A DNA stretch of 64,000 bases from Bigelowiella natans CCMP2755 (lineage: Eukaryota > Protista > Cercozoa). Every line of letters starts with the position of its first letter. Position 1 is the first letter of the stretch. Below the pieces are notes generated by a model. It was given only the letters and a program-made list of their open reading frames with translations, was not told where the DNA came from and did no database searches. The translations under genes and the position numbers were made by a program. The stretch is taken from the NCBI GenBank assembly GCA_000320545.1, contig ADNK01002498.1, forward strand, positions 1-64,000, in the 5' to 3' direction. Below are positions 35,148 to 47,792 of the stretch, piece by piece.

Positions 35148-36577
35148 CTATAATATGTGAGTGGAAGTGTTTCCATCTGGAAGCAGTATCAATTCGTTTG
35201 TTGGTGCCAACTCCTTACGACGATGAGCTACTAGTTCTTTGTGGGTAGTCTCGTTGTAGTGAGGGAAGAAATGGTGATTTGGTAACAACCTTAGCCCTTC
35301 AAGCGCAGACGGTTGTGACCAGTCCTGATCGACTATTGTTGGATCATCCCATCCCTTCCAGAATGCTGTACCTGGAGATTCGTGTAAGTGCAAGATGGTG
35401 AGATGGTAAAGGAGGGTCGAAAGTAAATGATTACTTATGTCCGCTCCAGCAACGATTGCACCGGCACTAAACCGCATAATATGTTAGATGAGACATTGTC
35501 AGAGAAGATTGAGGTGCCATTTCAAAATTATGCTCGACCTTATGCCAACGTAAACACATCTTTGCTCAAAACACAGTCTTCGACATATCTCAATGAATCC
35601 CGATCTTCTCATGTGATGCAGCAACCGAAAGGTATTTCCTCCATCAACATATATTATGTTCGTACCCTGATAGATCGAAACGAGGGCGGGGTTCTCTTAA
35701 AGCTGATGAGAGCTTTGCAGTTTGTCATTCGTTCGAACCTGTAAACGAGCAGGAAGGGTTTCCGGAGTCTCAGATTCCAGGTGGATGCACTCCACGGACA
35801 TCCCAAGAGTTTCCTGCAGCTCTTCCCCCTTTTTGCGACCAGCGCTCCGTTTTCTCGCCAGTCGCCTACCTGAGTAGACGCGACGCGCACTGAGCACACG
35901 TTTTTCATCACAATCGGAGAATTATGTATCGCCATTTACCGTCGGATTTGGTCGACGTTTTATCCGATAAGAACGTCCAAGCCGTTGGTATGTATGCAAC
36001 CTTTGGTTCTGTACTTCGATTGCCAGAAAAAAGATCCTTCAGTTGATACATTTGCTTTTTGCACCGTGAAGAACCTGATTTGTGCAGGTTTTTGCATTTA
36101 CATACGATATGAGCCCCTCTTCAACCATGTTCACATACCACAGGCGATTACTAGCCCACTATCTTGCTCCAATAAATTTAGGAGAGGATCCATCCTAAAG
36201 GGGGGGAGAAGTTGGGCATGTGTCAAGATGCTGACGGTGGTGGTGATGATGATATGATGATGGAGTTTGTTGAGCGATGGAGAAATGAAGCAGAGCAACC
36301 CTGCCTGAGGTGGAGGATCAGAAACTGTCGATGCCTCTCTAATATTCCGATATCCGCCCTTCATATCCAACACCCTAGTCAGTTGCCCCCATTGTCTCAG
36401 CGTTCGAATTCTTGTCTGCACTCTACCGACGCTCATCTGGTTCCTCATGAACGGACTACTCGAATGTTTGAACCCAACCCTCGTTGCCGCTATCGAAGGG
36501 AGCTCGATCATCCCAGAAATACAGCCATGCCATAGTGCGAGTATCATCACAGGGGCAGGCAGAGAGGCAGGCGCCAC
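35148..36577 (-). CDS. Peptidase S51 family (dipeptidase E / cyanophycinase-like), multi-exon, with N-terminal presequence
   Basis: Spliced motifs KVAYIPTA (~35985-36010), IYVDGGNTFRLL (~35620-35655), YVGI|SAGAI (nucleophile Ser), GLRLL..FFPHY (catalytic His). Confidence 0.88.
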
Positions 36578-36881
36578 TGCTCTCTGATGACCGAAAGACC
36601 CCTACTCTCGGCTACTTCTTCACGAATTTGGTGGTACTTGTTTTTTTGTGGCCGCAATATGGGCAAAGATTAGTTGATATTTTCAGGTGTAGCTTCAATT
36701 CTTGATTCAAAATATCAAAATGATTTAAAATGTATATTCTCTCAGTTATAATATATATTGTTAGATGTTTCCTGCCTGAAAATCGGTTCTGTGACTGCCA
36801 TCGCACGTTACTTTGTAGGATATCGATTTTCGCAAAGAGACAAGTAATTTTCTCCATTTCTCTCAGAAATCCCCTACCGCA
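36578..36881. promoter_or_regulatory. Short divergent intergenic region (putative bidirectional promoter) between peptidase S51 and MRPL3
   Basis: Start codons at 36577 (-) and 36882 (+) are ~300 bp apart with an AT-rich core. Confidence 0.5.
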
Positions 36882-37817
36882 ATGGCAGCCGCAATGCGCC
36901 GTACCCTCACCTTGGCCAGGGCGGCCATTCCAGGGATCCCTCTCAAGCGAGTAGGGTCTTACCTTCGCACAACATCAGTGCCCCGTTTCAACCGTATGGT
37001 ATCGACATCTTTCAAGACGAAAAAGGTTGAGAAAGTCGAGGAGGTGAAGGTACACAGTTGGTCCCCAGAGTCAAGGCGAACGGGGGTGATTGGGAGAAAG
37101 CTTGGCATGATGCAGCTCTGGGATGATTGGGGAGTCATGCATCTTGTCACCGTTGTAGAAATCGATAGTGAGGTGCTGAGAATTAAGGATAGACTTACCC
37201 CTACTGGCCATGCGCAGATGCAGTTGGGGGGGTTCGAGAAGAACCCAAGAAATACAACAAAGCCTCTCCTCGGTGAATTTACAAAGCTTGGAACAACACC
37301 TAAACGAAAAATTGTAGAGTTTAAGGTTACCCCAGATGCATTACTACCTGTAGGGCTTAAGATAGATGCTCGCCATTTCTTTCCGGGGCAATTCGTCGAC
37401 ATTCAAGGCACCACTAAGGGAAAAGGGTTTCAAGGTGTAATGAAAAGGTGGGGGTTTGGGGGCCAAGCAGCTACACATGGCGTCTCCAAAACACATCGCC
37501 ATCTTGGTGCAGCTGGTGCTTGTCAGGATCCAGGTAAGGTTTGGAAAGGTAAGAAGATGCCGGGGAACATGGGAAACAAGACCAGAACAGCGGAATGCTT
37601 GCAAATATTTAAGATTGACGTGAAGAGATCGTTGCTGTACTTGAAAGGGTCGGTTCCGGGCAATAATGGAGGATTTTTGAAAATAAGAGACGCTCTAAAG
37701 AGACCTTTTCATGAGGAAACGCCTCCTCCATTTCCCACATACGTGGCTGAAGAAGGAGCAGAAATCCAAGGAGAGATCGAACTACCGCTTTCAGAAAAAG
37801 ACCCTTTCGACGAATGA
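36882..37817 (+). CDS. MRPL3: Mitochondrial large-subunit ribosomal protein L3 (bacterial-type uL3m), intronless, 311 aa
   Basis: RTGVIGRKLGMMQLWD, FPGQFVDIQGTTKGKGFQGVMKRWGFGG..THGVSKTHR, QDPGKVWKGKKMPGNMG, LYLKGSVPG; Arg-rich N-terminal mitochondrial presequence. Confidence 0.96.
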   Translation: MAAAMRRTLTLARAAIPGIPLKRVGSYLRTTSVPRFNRMVSTSFKTKKVEKVEEVKVHSWSPESRRTGVIGRKLGMMQLWDDWGVMHLVTVVEIDSEVLRIKDRLTPTGHAQMQLGGFEKNPRNTTKPLLGEFTKLGTTPKRKIVEFKVTPDALLPVGLKIDARHFFPGQFVDIQGTTKGKGFQGVMKRWGFGGQAATHGVSKTHRHLGAAGACQDPGKVWKGKKMPGNMGNKTRTAECLQIFKIDVKRSLLYLKGSVPGNNGGFLKIRDALKRPFHEETPPPFPTYVAEEGAEIQGEIELPLSEKDPFDE

Positions 37818-39205
37818 TTGTTGTGCTGACACTACAAATTAGAATATATGAAAATCTTGCCATCTGCCTAGCTACAAAACGACCGCTAATGTTTTCGAGT
37901 TGCGGTCAATGCTACAATGGACTGGGCTATAAATAAGAATGTGCTGCGCGTGCGTGTAATGTAGCATAGCTGTGTCTAATCACTGTGCACTTGCATTTAT
38001 GTGTGCGCGGCCCTAATAAGATATGCTACGTATTGGCATAACTGTTACTAATGACAGCTGAATCTTGCTGCTATGTTTTAGATGTTTATTTGCATTGTGA
38101 CTGAAATAAAGATGCGATGCGTGTACCCACATACAGTACACGCATGGGTCTAGACTGTCATACACGCACATCGCAGCGTAGTCGCGTGCACCCACCAACG
38201 CCTAAACGCTGTCATGTAGTAGTCTAAGCCATATATGCCGCACAAGCTAGCAAAACGTACAGTACGTATTTCAAAAAAATAGCCTAAAGCAATTGATACC
38301 CACAAATGATAATGCACGAACACTTACATATCGCACACGGCCATCCAGGGATGTCTGGCAAGATATGGGCAAGCGTTCTCGTTGCAGTACATACAGAGTA
38401 GATGCACATATTGTACGTATGTATCGAATGCGTGCTCGCATCGCGAACATGGCATACATGTTTATGTACATGATGTTAACGCTCTGTTCTGTCAAATATA
38501 ACGTCATTCACCAGCATTCTACTTTTTATTTAACATTGCTTTCAAAATGCATGAAAGCCTCGCCGAAATTCATGGCTATCTCTGTACGAAGTGATACTTG
38601 ATAATGTAAACCAACATCAAAACGGTATGACCTTTGGATGAAAGCCCAATACCTTTGAAGAGCTAGAGTGCATTTTTTTTGAACTTGTATGATTGGAAAT
38701 CGAACACTAACGTATACACTATAAATATATCTATATATATTAATATATATTAATATGGTACATATGTGCTCGATATGTCCGAAATATGTTTCTGTGAAGT
38801 TGTCCAACGTATGTAGATTTTATGTGGTTAAAATTCTTCAGTAAAATATAATGCTTAATTTAAGAGTATAATCGTCATCCTTAAATAAAACGAAAAAAAG
38901 ATACTATGAAGAATAGGGGGATGTAAGAAGTCGCCTCGTACATTCTCGAATATCTTTGAAAATTTCATGTACATTGTTACAAATGCATGCATGCATCCAG
39001 GAAAAAAGACTATGCAAGTGATTGACTTTCGAGAAGGTGAAGAAAGCATAACTATCCGGGCACAATTGTAAGAAGTGCACCACTGGATGTTGAACGCGGA
39101 CGATTCACTAAGACACCCTTTCCAAAAATAAGATTCATCCTCTGAAGTATGTATTTCCTCAACAACCTTAACTCCATTTCGTGCCACCCATTACCCTTAC
39201 GGACT

Positions 39206-41272
39206 TTAGACTCGGAGTATACTTTCAGTAGATTTCTCCGATTCAAGATTAGGTAATGTATATGTTAATACTGTAGGTGGGGTCTCCTGTCTTTGCCGTT
39301 TCACAGAAGGTTTCTGCTCGAAGTTTCCAGATATCTGTGGAAATTTGATGTTACGTTGCTCGGCAAATTGATGCCACATTTTCCCCGGGTGAGCTTCCCC
39401 CCGATGCGCTTGGATTGTAAGATACTCTTCTTCACCAAAGCCATTTCGAATCCTCTTCGAGCCAAGGGCCTCTGGATTACTAGGGCTCGTAGAGGATTCT
39501 ATGTGTAAAGGTAGCGAAGTTGTGCGGCGATGGTATCTCTCTCGTGCACTGTTGACAGCGAAACGCATAGAAGCTTCCTCCTCCTCCTTTTCCCAGCTGG
39601 TTCCTCGGATAAGGTCTACATCCTGGACGAAGCGGTTGCAGTTTCTTACTGAATTATCCTCGTAGCGCCTTTGTACTCGTAGCATTTCCTGAGGATGGAC
39701 AGATCGATCTTGTGTCACCGGTGGGTATCGAGGACCGCAGCCTTCTGAGAGTTTTTCTCGAAAAGCCTGTGTTTTGCGGAGAGCGAGGTCTTCCTGGATA
39801 TTATTTAATTTTACTGAGGACCGTATTCCCAGCCCTGCACGAGTAGTGAGGCCACCACGGGATGCAATACTTGCACGTGCTGCAAGCTCAGCTTGTGCTG
39901 CAAACCCTACACCGTGACGCGAAGGAATAGTCTCCATTGAACCGTGAGTCTGGATGAATTCTTCCTCCTTCTCCTTATAGATTCTTGCGAAATCAGAGAT
40001 CACCTGGTTGATCGGGTCGCCCCGATAATCGGATGGAACAGCAGCAACATATATAAGTATGCCGTCTCTACACCGACCGGTTCGATAATGGAATACTATC
40101 TCTGAATTTGTCGCCATCATCTGGACCCTGTCAGTTTCACAACTCCCAGCATGCAGCAAGATCTGGTGGCATTGATGCTCCAGATAGTCCTCTGGGACAC
40201 TGCAAACAGGCGAGGCATATGAGGTGATAATCTCCCCAGTGAAGGTTCCTACGCAGAAATAATGGACCAGCATTGTACGAAGAAACAAGGATCCGTCGTC
40301 GTCCAAAATTCCCTTAGACTCTTGATTTTTTGCCTCACGCGCCATAGTTGCATAAACACTGGTTCGCAAATCATCTCCGAATAGCCTTAAATGATGAGCT
40401 GGAATATTTATGAATCTCTTGAAACAAACAACACGATGTTTCTGGATGGACCTCGAGCTACTCTTTTGATAAGATTTTCCACACCCAAGGGAACAGTGCC
40501 AGCAAGGGGCATCCTTGCCTTTGATTATTTTTAACTTTCTGGCTGGGGTTCCAGAGAAGTTTTTTTGCTGCGAAAGCTGGAAATTCGCCTGCCAACGAGC
40601 AGGACCCTGAGTAAAAATTTGGCGAGGCCTTCCAGTCTGTTTTGGAATTCTACGCACGAGGCTATGAGCACCAAGAGGAATACGAGGAGTCAAGCATTCA
40701 GATGGATCTTGTGGTGGAAGAAATCTCTCCGTCTTCCCAGACACCGAAGAAAACCTTTCCTGTGATCCTTGGTCGGAGAGCATCGACATTGTACCATTGC
40801 GTGGAAGGGGCATCTCCCTCTGAACAGACTTTCTTCTCATCAGTATTGGCTCATTCATTACCCGACCTGAGTAATTTCCGCGAAATTGCCGCCGAGAGGG
40901 CCTCAAACGAGGTTCTTGTAAATTTGTAGGAAATTGGCGTTGTTGTGAAGGTGATAACATCTGAAGAGGCGATGCCAGTTGCCGCGAAGGTGATAATCGC
41001 TGATGGGGTGATGAACGCTGAAGCGGTACTAACATGCCATTATTTTGGGTCAGACTTGGAGAATGCACCTGTTCCGCCTTCATCTGCATATTTTGTTCTA
41101 GTGACTGTGGGGGTTTTTGTGTCTGTGCTTGCGCTCGAACCCAAATTTTGCTATTGACCTTAACTTCAGGCTGCGATTTATTCTGAGTCATTGCTGGGGT
41201 TTGAGACTGAGATTTCGATGGATCTTTCTTGAAGAATTTTACTAAGTCCTTTGTAGCATCCGCTGAACTCAT
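39206..41272 (-). CDS. Hypothetical ~690-aa protein: Q/S/P-rich N-terminus, C2HC zinc-finger-like motif, longin-like domain
   Basis: Long uninterrupted ORF. WHCSLGCGKSYQKSSSRSIQKHRVVC; segment MLVHYFCVG..IITSY..QIL..FHY..IYVAAV..DY..F resembles the VAMP7-type longin pattern. ATG assumed at MSSAD; upstream exons possible. Confidence 0.65.
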   Translation of the reverse strand: MSSADATKDLVKFFKKDPSKSQSQTPAMTQNKSQPEVKVNSKIWVRAQAQTQKPPQSLEQNMQMKAEQVHSPSLTQNNGMLVPLQRSSPHQRLSPSRQLASPLQMLSPSQQRQFPTNLQEPRLRPSRRQFRGNYSGRVMNEPILMRRKSVQREMPLPRNGTMSMLSDQGSQERFSSVSGKTERFLPPQDPSECLTPRIPLGAHSLVRRIPKQTGRPRQIFTQGPARWQANFQLSQQKNFSGTPARKLKIIKGKDAPCWHCSLGCGKSYQKSSSRSIQKHRVVCFKRFINIPAHHLRLFGDDLRTSVYATMAREAKNQESKGILDDDGSLFLRTMLVHYFCVGTFTGEIITSYASPVCSVPEDYLEHQCHQILLHAGSCETDRVQMMATNSEIVFHYRTGRCRDGILIYVAAVPSDYRGDPINQVISDFARIYKEKEEEFIQTHGSMETIPSRHGVGFAAQAELAARASIASRGGLTTRAGLGIRSSVKLNNIQEDLALRKTQAFREKLSEGCGPRYPPVTQDRSVHPQEMLRVQRRYEDNSVRNCNRFVQDVDLIRGTSWEKEEEEASMRFAVNSARERYHRRTTSLPLHIESSTSPSNPEALGSKRIRNGFGEEEYLTIQAHRGEAHPGKMWHQFAEQRNIKFPQISGNFEQKPSVKRQRQETPPTVLTYTLPNLESEKSTESILRV

Positions 41273-42714
41273 ACTTCCTCCTTTATTTTGCAAAGAAAAC
41301 GAACAGAAATTATACTCAACTTACAAAAGGATAGCCACCCCACTCGCTAAAATGAAAAATCTCTTGGAGGATTCGGCAGAGATGGGGCACAAGTTATTCT
41401 TCTTCTTTCGAAGAAAATTTCGTATTATTCCCACAAGTTCCATTCTAAGGAATCGTCTCCTTCTTTCTACAGCAAAAAAAAATCAACCTAAATAACAAAC
41501 GATGTTGCGTTGTCTGTTGGCGGTGGGAAGGCACTTTCGTATTCCGCACCGCTTGGATGGATTCCAAGACTGAACGTGTTTTAACAGCGACCGAGAGCTC
41601 AGAGCTGTTCAGCAAAATGGGCCTCGTTGTGCAAAAAAGTGAAGTAAAAATAGCAGCTTCAGTCCAAAATCCGGACTATGTAAGAAGCATTGTCATCGAA
41701 GAAGAACTTACTCACCTACACAAGATGATGTTTCTTTTTATTTTTAAACTACTGAACTCACGCTGACAGCTTTTCGTATCCGAAGCGTGTACTTTGCAGA
41801 CGTACTTGCTGCAATTTTGGCCCATTTCTTCACGAAGGTGATGTCGCATCCATCCAACTCTCGTGAAATCCACACCTACATGGAAGGTAGATAGCAAGTC
41901 TGTGTCCAGCAGAAATGCAGCTTGTAGCCCTTGCCCATGTTGACAGCAATGAAAAGTCACCAGGAATTTTGTGTCTACGGCATGTATCAACTCTACTCTC
42001 AAGGGATTGTTAGCCAAATTTGTCTCACATTTGCGAGTCCAAGATCAGATTGTGCTCAAACCATGCGTCAATCTGTTTTTGGAAAGAGAAAGGAAGCAGA
42101 GTCATGCGATTCTTCTGTTTTTCCACGGTTTGGAAGCAAAAATACGGAAAACATAGGTGGTTTTGCACAAAATTCCCAGCGGCGAAGTTCCAATTGCATC
42201 GAACACAACACCGAGTCAACCGTTTCTACCAGTCGTACATGTGGATCTAGTCTTGAGTATGGGTGTCTCAAACAAAACAAAGGAAGAAACAACGAGAAAA
42301 AGGAGCAGCACATTCGGAACAGCTTCCATTTTCGACTGAGACAGACGTGCTTTGCACCAGAAAGTGCGCATGTTCCGGGGGAGTTTTACCATTAAGTCAA
42401 TCAGAAAACGTCCCCAAGAGAGTCAAACGCATCATTTAGCCTGGCTGCTATTCAAGGCGCTCTTGGACAAAGGGGTACTACTGCCTGTAAAATACTAAGG
42501 ATTTTGTCTCAGACACAGTTATTTTTTTTAATTTTTCGGTACTTATCCGGAAGACAGCCGGCTCCACGACTCTCACAACGAGCAACCTTTTGAAGGTCGC
42601 TGTGGATTTTTTATATTAATTCGAGGTTGCATGGTTTCTCCGCAAAGATTTGCTCATCTCCAGGGAAAGGGCAAGCGTTATTCGATCCCCCTTTAGTATC
42701 TCGTCTGTCTATGA

Positions 42715-42761
<47 letters not shown>

Positions 42762-44089
42762 GTATGCATATATATACATATATACACATATAATATTCAT
42801 ACACATATTACATGTGCAGATAGAAATTGTGATTAGCAAGTGATTCATTTTGTGTTAAACAAAGAAGCTGAAATGACTACATTAAGTACTTAACGTCCTT
42901 CGCAATAACGACCCTGACGACTCCTAGGACTGCTGTTGCTGCAGACAATGTCGATGCTCATTGTTGTCGCTAACACCTTAGTCGACGTAATAGGACAAAT
43001 AGGCAGCGTTTGGGTTTGGCAAATCTCTAGTGTCAGTATCGTAGGTCAGTGACAGCCAGACTGGCAGACAGTGGTTAACCTTTTAATACAGCGATGCTTT
43101 TTTCTAAGTTTTGTCGTGCATGCCCGCGTTTGTAAGACAAAAATATCGCTACTGCAAGCTAGCAGATGTGAGAGGCACTGCGTGCGCTACAGACGTGTCA
43201 TCACGCATCTAGACACATGCGCGCATTTACCGTGCATACACGGACCCCTAGACCCACTCAATCACACTCGCAGCTAACTAGGCATGTCTAGATGTCCATG
43301 CATGATCGACTATAGATCTAGCTAGAGATCTAGAATGACCATCCATCTAGCCATGCTAGCATGCTCCGGGCTAGCGGGTGCGCGCGCACTTTCGCTTCTT
43401 CATGATCGATGATTTGCAAACATGGCTTTGAATCTTATGTCTAGATCGAGAGATGTCTCGATGTTTTCACATGTGGCCATCGGCATCGCGTTGTGCGTGC
43501 GTGCAATGCGTGCACTTACTTCGTTGCTGTTCCATGCGACAGAACAAATATCTAAACAGCATCCATTTGAATAGTTGAATACACGTTGAGCGTTCAATCG
43601 ACACAATGTAGTGTATTCGGAGCAATGTGTGAAAACAAGAAAAATCTTTGTCCACGCAACGAGTACAATATCTAGATATGCTAAAGCTACCCAAATCAAA
43701 GCATGCATGGGCGCATGGGCTAGACTGGTAGAATTCATCGTCAATACCTTTGTTGCCGGGGAAAATGGACATTTGAAGCAGTTAATCAGGGTTGTATTCC
43801 TGGTCCAGATCATCACTGCGCGGAGGAGCAGAGGCATCATTCTTACCACACATTAATTATCAAAATAAAGGAATAACATAATAGTCAGTGAAATTATGTT
43901 GAGTATATATTGCAGAAAAGTCCGCATACACGGATGCATATCACGCAATTAAAAACTGCGAATTAGTGATCTATGTTACTTAATAAAATTCTAGAATCGA
44001 TGAAAATTGACTGAAACTGAAACAAAACAAGGCATACACCTGGGTATCACATATCACAACATATTTACTTATTCTCTATTTAGAGATGT

Positions 44090-45060
44090 TCATACGTATG
44101 GAGACACAGCTGTAGCCTGGGGGATGGGCTCAGCGTGCTGTTGATGACAAAAAATGACACATCAAGATTCGCCGACGATATATGGTATCTTTGACGATTA
44201 TGATAATGGAATAGATTACGAACAAAGGGTTACACGAATTTGATAATACACGATGTGAATGTGAATGTATTGGAAACTTTTATCAATCTAAGGATGCATG
44301 TACGGAGAACTGCAATGAAGGCCTGCTCGATGAAACGAAAATTCTAATTAAATATCCAATGTGTGATGGGAGACACGAAAGATATCGCCGAGTTTACTTA
44401 CGAATGGTGGTGGAGGCAACTCGGTTATAGTATTTGTCATGCTAACGGGTTGTGGAGCTCCGCTCTAACCAAAATTTGAGGGCGCGTAATGAATATGGGT
44501 TACTGAGAACATTATCACTATGTCACCGTCGCTATGATCTGTTTAGATAAATAAACTTTTCTCCTTCAAATTCTTCGCCTCTCTCACTCAAGCACATATG
44601 TACGCTTATGATTCACTAATCATTTGGATTTGAAGACGACGAAGACAATTATTAACATATGAAGGCGGAGATATATGATGATAGTAATGGGCACACGCTT
44701 TACACCTGCACCGACTGCCCATAAAAGTTGGCAGGGCTCACTGCAGTCGGTCCTCCAACGGATCTTTTCATCGGTCAATATACACAATAGATTTAGTATT
44801 ATGAAGAAATATTTCACATCCTAAAATCTAACAATTTACATGAAATCAATATATCTTCAAGTAGCTTAATACGCACTCTCAAGAAATCATGGACATGCTA
44901 CTACCTGACAGGTAGTGCTATGGGGGTGGACGAATGTATAGGCATAGCGACAGGGACAGAGTGAGCATTAAGCTTGGGTCTGAAGATTCTTCCTACGAAG
45001 AAAGGTGTTTATACACGTTGTAAAAATACCATATTTGTAACAAATCTGTGGATGTTAGAC

Positions 45061-45129
<69 letters not shown>

Positions 45130-45677
45130 GAATAGTCTGACAACTACGCACAGTAAGCATAAACACATATAAATACCTTACAATATTATACATTTATGAC
45201 GCTATATTGGAAGACTAAATTGAAAATGAAACTACCGGAACTTTTTTTCTCGTCAGCCGCGAAAAGACGCAATGTGCGATTTTCATGATTTTGACGATTG
45301 GTCTTTAACATTCTGCAGCAGATCACGCAGCCTGCAATAGCGCTGATGAACTACAAGCAAGCAAGTATGAAAGCAAAATTGTTAGAATTCGGTTGGTTGG
45401 ATGTTTTGAGATGTAAATTGCTCCTGTACACGACTACACTACTACAAACTGCAACTACGCTATCGAGAATTTCGTACAACGACTGAGCCGATGATAGATC
45501 CAATAACCGCACCTGGGGAAATATTATCCAAAGGGAGTACATGTAAAGAGAATAATTTAGAAATAACATATGTTAAAAAGAAATCCATTGTTTATCGACC
45601 CAACGACATAGCTGAATATAGAGTCTCAAAATCTCGATATCCTCACTAGTTCTCTACCACTACTACCACTACTACTC

Positions 45678-45711
<34 letters not shown>

Positions 45712-46430
45712 CCGATCCAGAACCACCAGTGCTACTTGCGCTAGGCACAAATGCCGAGGGGAACGGCGTGGGAAAGGGGGTAGGCACGGAGTTGGAGTTG
45801 CTGCAGCGCACGCCGACATCCTCAGAATGAACGCAGTTATGATTGTCGTTCACTCCGAAAAGTCCAGGGCATTGTCTTAAGAGACTTTCGCTTCCAGTGC
45901 AACCAAGATCGTCCGCATTGATTGGTCCCACGCCATCTGGAGTGTTGGTGTTAGTAAGCACGCTGCCATCATCGAATCCAAGCTCCCGACATACGACTCG
46001 AGCATCTGAAATTCCGAACAAATCGTCGCACACCTAGCGATAAAAGGATATTTGGATTATTTTTCCAGCTGCTGATATTTGTGTGATCGGTTTACATTCC
46101 CCACCATAAACCCTGTATTATCGTAAAGATTTTTTTGTCCGCATGCATGAGAAACATTGCTTTGGCCGTAGCTTTTCACGCTTTTATTCAGAATTTTTGC
46201 TAGAATTTGTCATTTCGCAGTCGAACCGTTCCCCAAACACCGTCGACTTGAATCTCGACCCGCCCCTCTGAAGACGACCCGCCTGCGAGCCGCACACCTC
46301 CCACGCCAAATGCCGAGGGGAACTGCGTGGGGAAGAGGGTGGGGAAGGGGGTGGGAAAGCTCATTGGAGAGCTGCTGACGTGTGATACGTCTAGAATCAG
46401 CAAAACTAGAGGCCACACAAACGCAGCCAT
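44090..46430 (-). CDS. SRCR (scavenger receptor cysteine-rich) domain type-I membrane protein, multi-exon
   Basis: Signal peptide MAAFVWPLVLLILDVSHVSS; PTPFPT stalk repeats; VRLAGG..EGRVEI..WGT|VCDD..DARVVCRELG..C.GSE..L.QC..HNCVHSEDVGVRC; Ser-rich linker; TM GAVIGSIIGSVV|FISAIAGCVICC; Pro-rich tail. 3' exons tentative. Confidence 0.88.
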
Positions 46431-46923
46431 TGCAACAGGTCCTTCTTTTTCAGTTTTCATGTAGCTCTCTACCCCTGACAAAATCCATGTAACAAATGTA
46501 AACACAGAGAATCGTCTTCGAGCGACAACCATAGGAAGCAGGGTGAATGACTAGCCCACTCGAGTTGCGACAGACTGTTCGTTCGTGCGTCAGTGTGTAG
46601 GCGTGAATCTTGTACATAAAGTCGGCGGCCTTTTTCCTCGTTGGGATTTGAGGCACTTTTGCGAGCTCGTCTCTATGCGAATGTATTTTGTTGACGCACC
46701 ATCAAACCGGCCTTCAAATTTTAACCCTAAAAAAAATTGGTCGTTATTCTTGTCGCAGAACAAAATCCCAGGGGATATTTTTGGATAGTGTTATTTTCTG
46801 GTTTTTCCTCGAACTTTCGACGCATCCAACGAAGCCGAACAATCTTCAACTCGAACATTCACAACGTGACAGATAGGTGCGCTATGGCAAGCAGCTTCTG
46901 AGAGAGAGAGAGACAGACGGGGA

Positions 46924-47017
<94 letters not shown>

Positions 47018-47029
47018 AGAAAATGGTCC

Positions 47030-47748
47030 AGAATTACAGTGCGTCGATGATGCTATCGTGTGGTTGGCTGTAAAAATCGGTAGGTTCAACTGCGACGGCT
47101 CGGGAAATTATATTCGACTGGAGAAGAATACAGGTGAAAGCAACCACCATTCGGGTCTACTGAATGGCAGATTCAAGACGATTCGGAGGTGATGAAACGA
47201 AAGCCTTATATGCCAGGTAACCGTGAACAAGTTAAATACACCCTGCTGTCTCTCATTACATTTTCCTCTAATGTGTTATTGCTTCCAAACCTCATAGTTC
47301 TATCAAGGAGCGCAAACAAGCCGCTTCGCTCAAATTCAGCCGATTACGAACGGTCGATGGTTATTTTATGAAAGCATCATGCTGGAATCCAAACGCTACA
47401 ATTTTGGATATTTCCAAACCCATCGTTTGTGTACACGTCTATCACCTCGCCAAGAGCGCCATCATCACCATCGCATTCCATCATCACTTGCCACAAACCA
47501 ACAACACCAATCAACATTACTTTGAATCGTGTGTGTTAACAGCTAATCTCTCTAGTGAAAGACCAGGCATCCAGAGGCCGCATTTCCTATGAGACACTGC
47601 AACGATGCCTCGGCGTCTTGCTTTCAGACACGCGCCGACGCTTCCCAAATATTTCATTGGAGAAGAAGCAGGAGCTTGAGAGGTTGCATAAATTGCATAC
47701 CATGCACGATCTATGCGCATACATGCACGCACACAAGTGTCATTTATA

Positions 47749-47792
<44 letters not shown>

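Noticed and set aside
41557-42400. Possible small gene or 5' exons (signal-peptide-like MEAVPNVLLLFLVV on the minus strand; ORFs on both strands)
   Set aside because: Could not assemble a consistent spliced frame or recognise a family.
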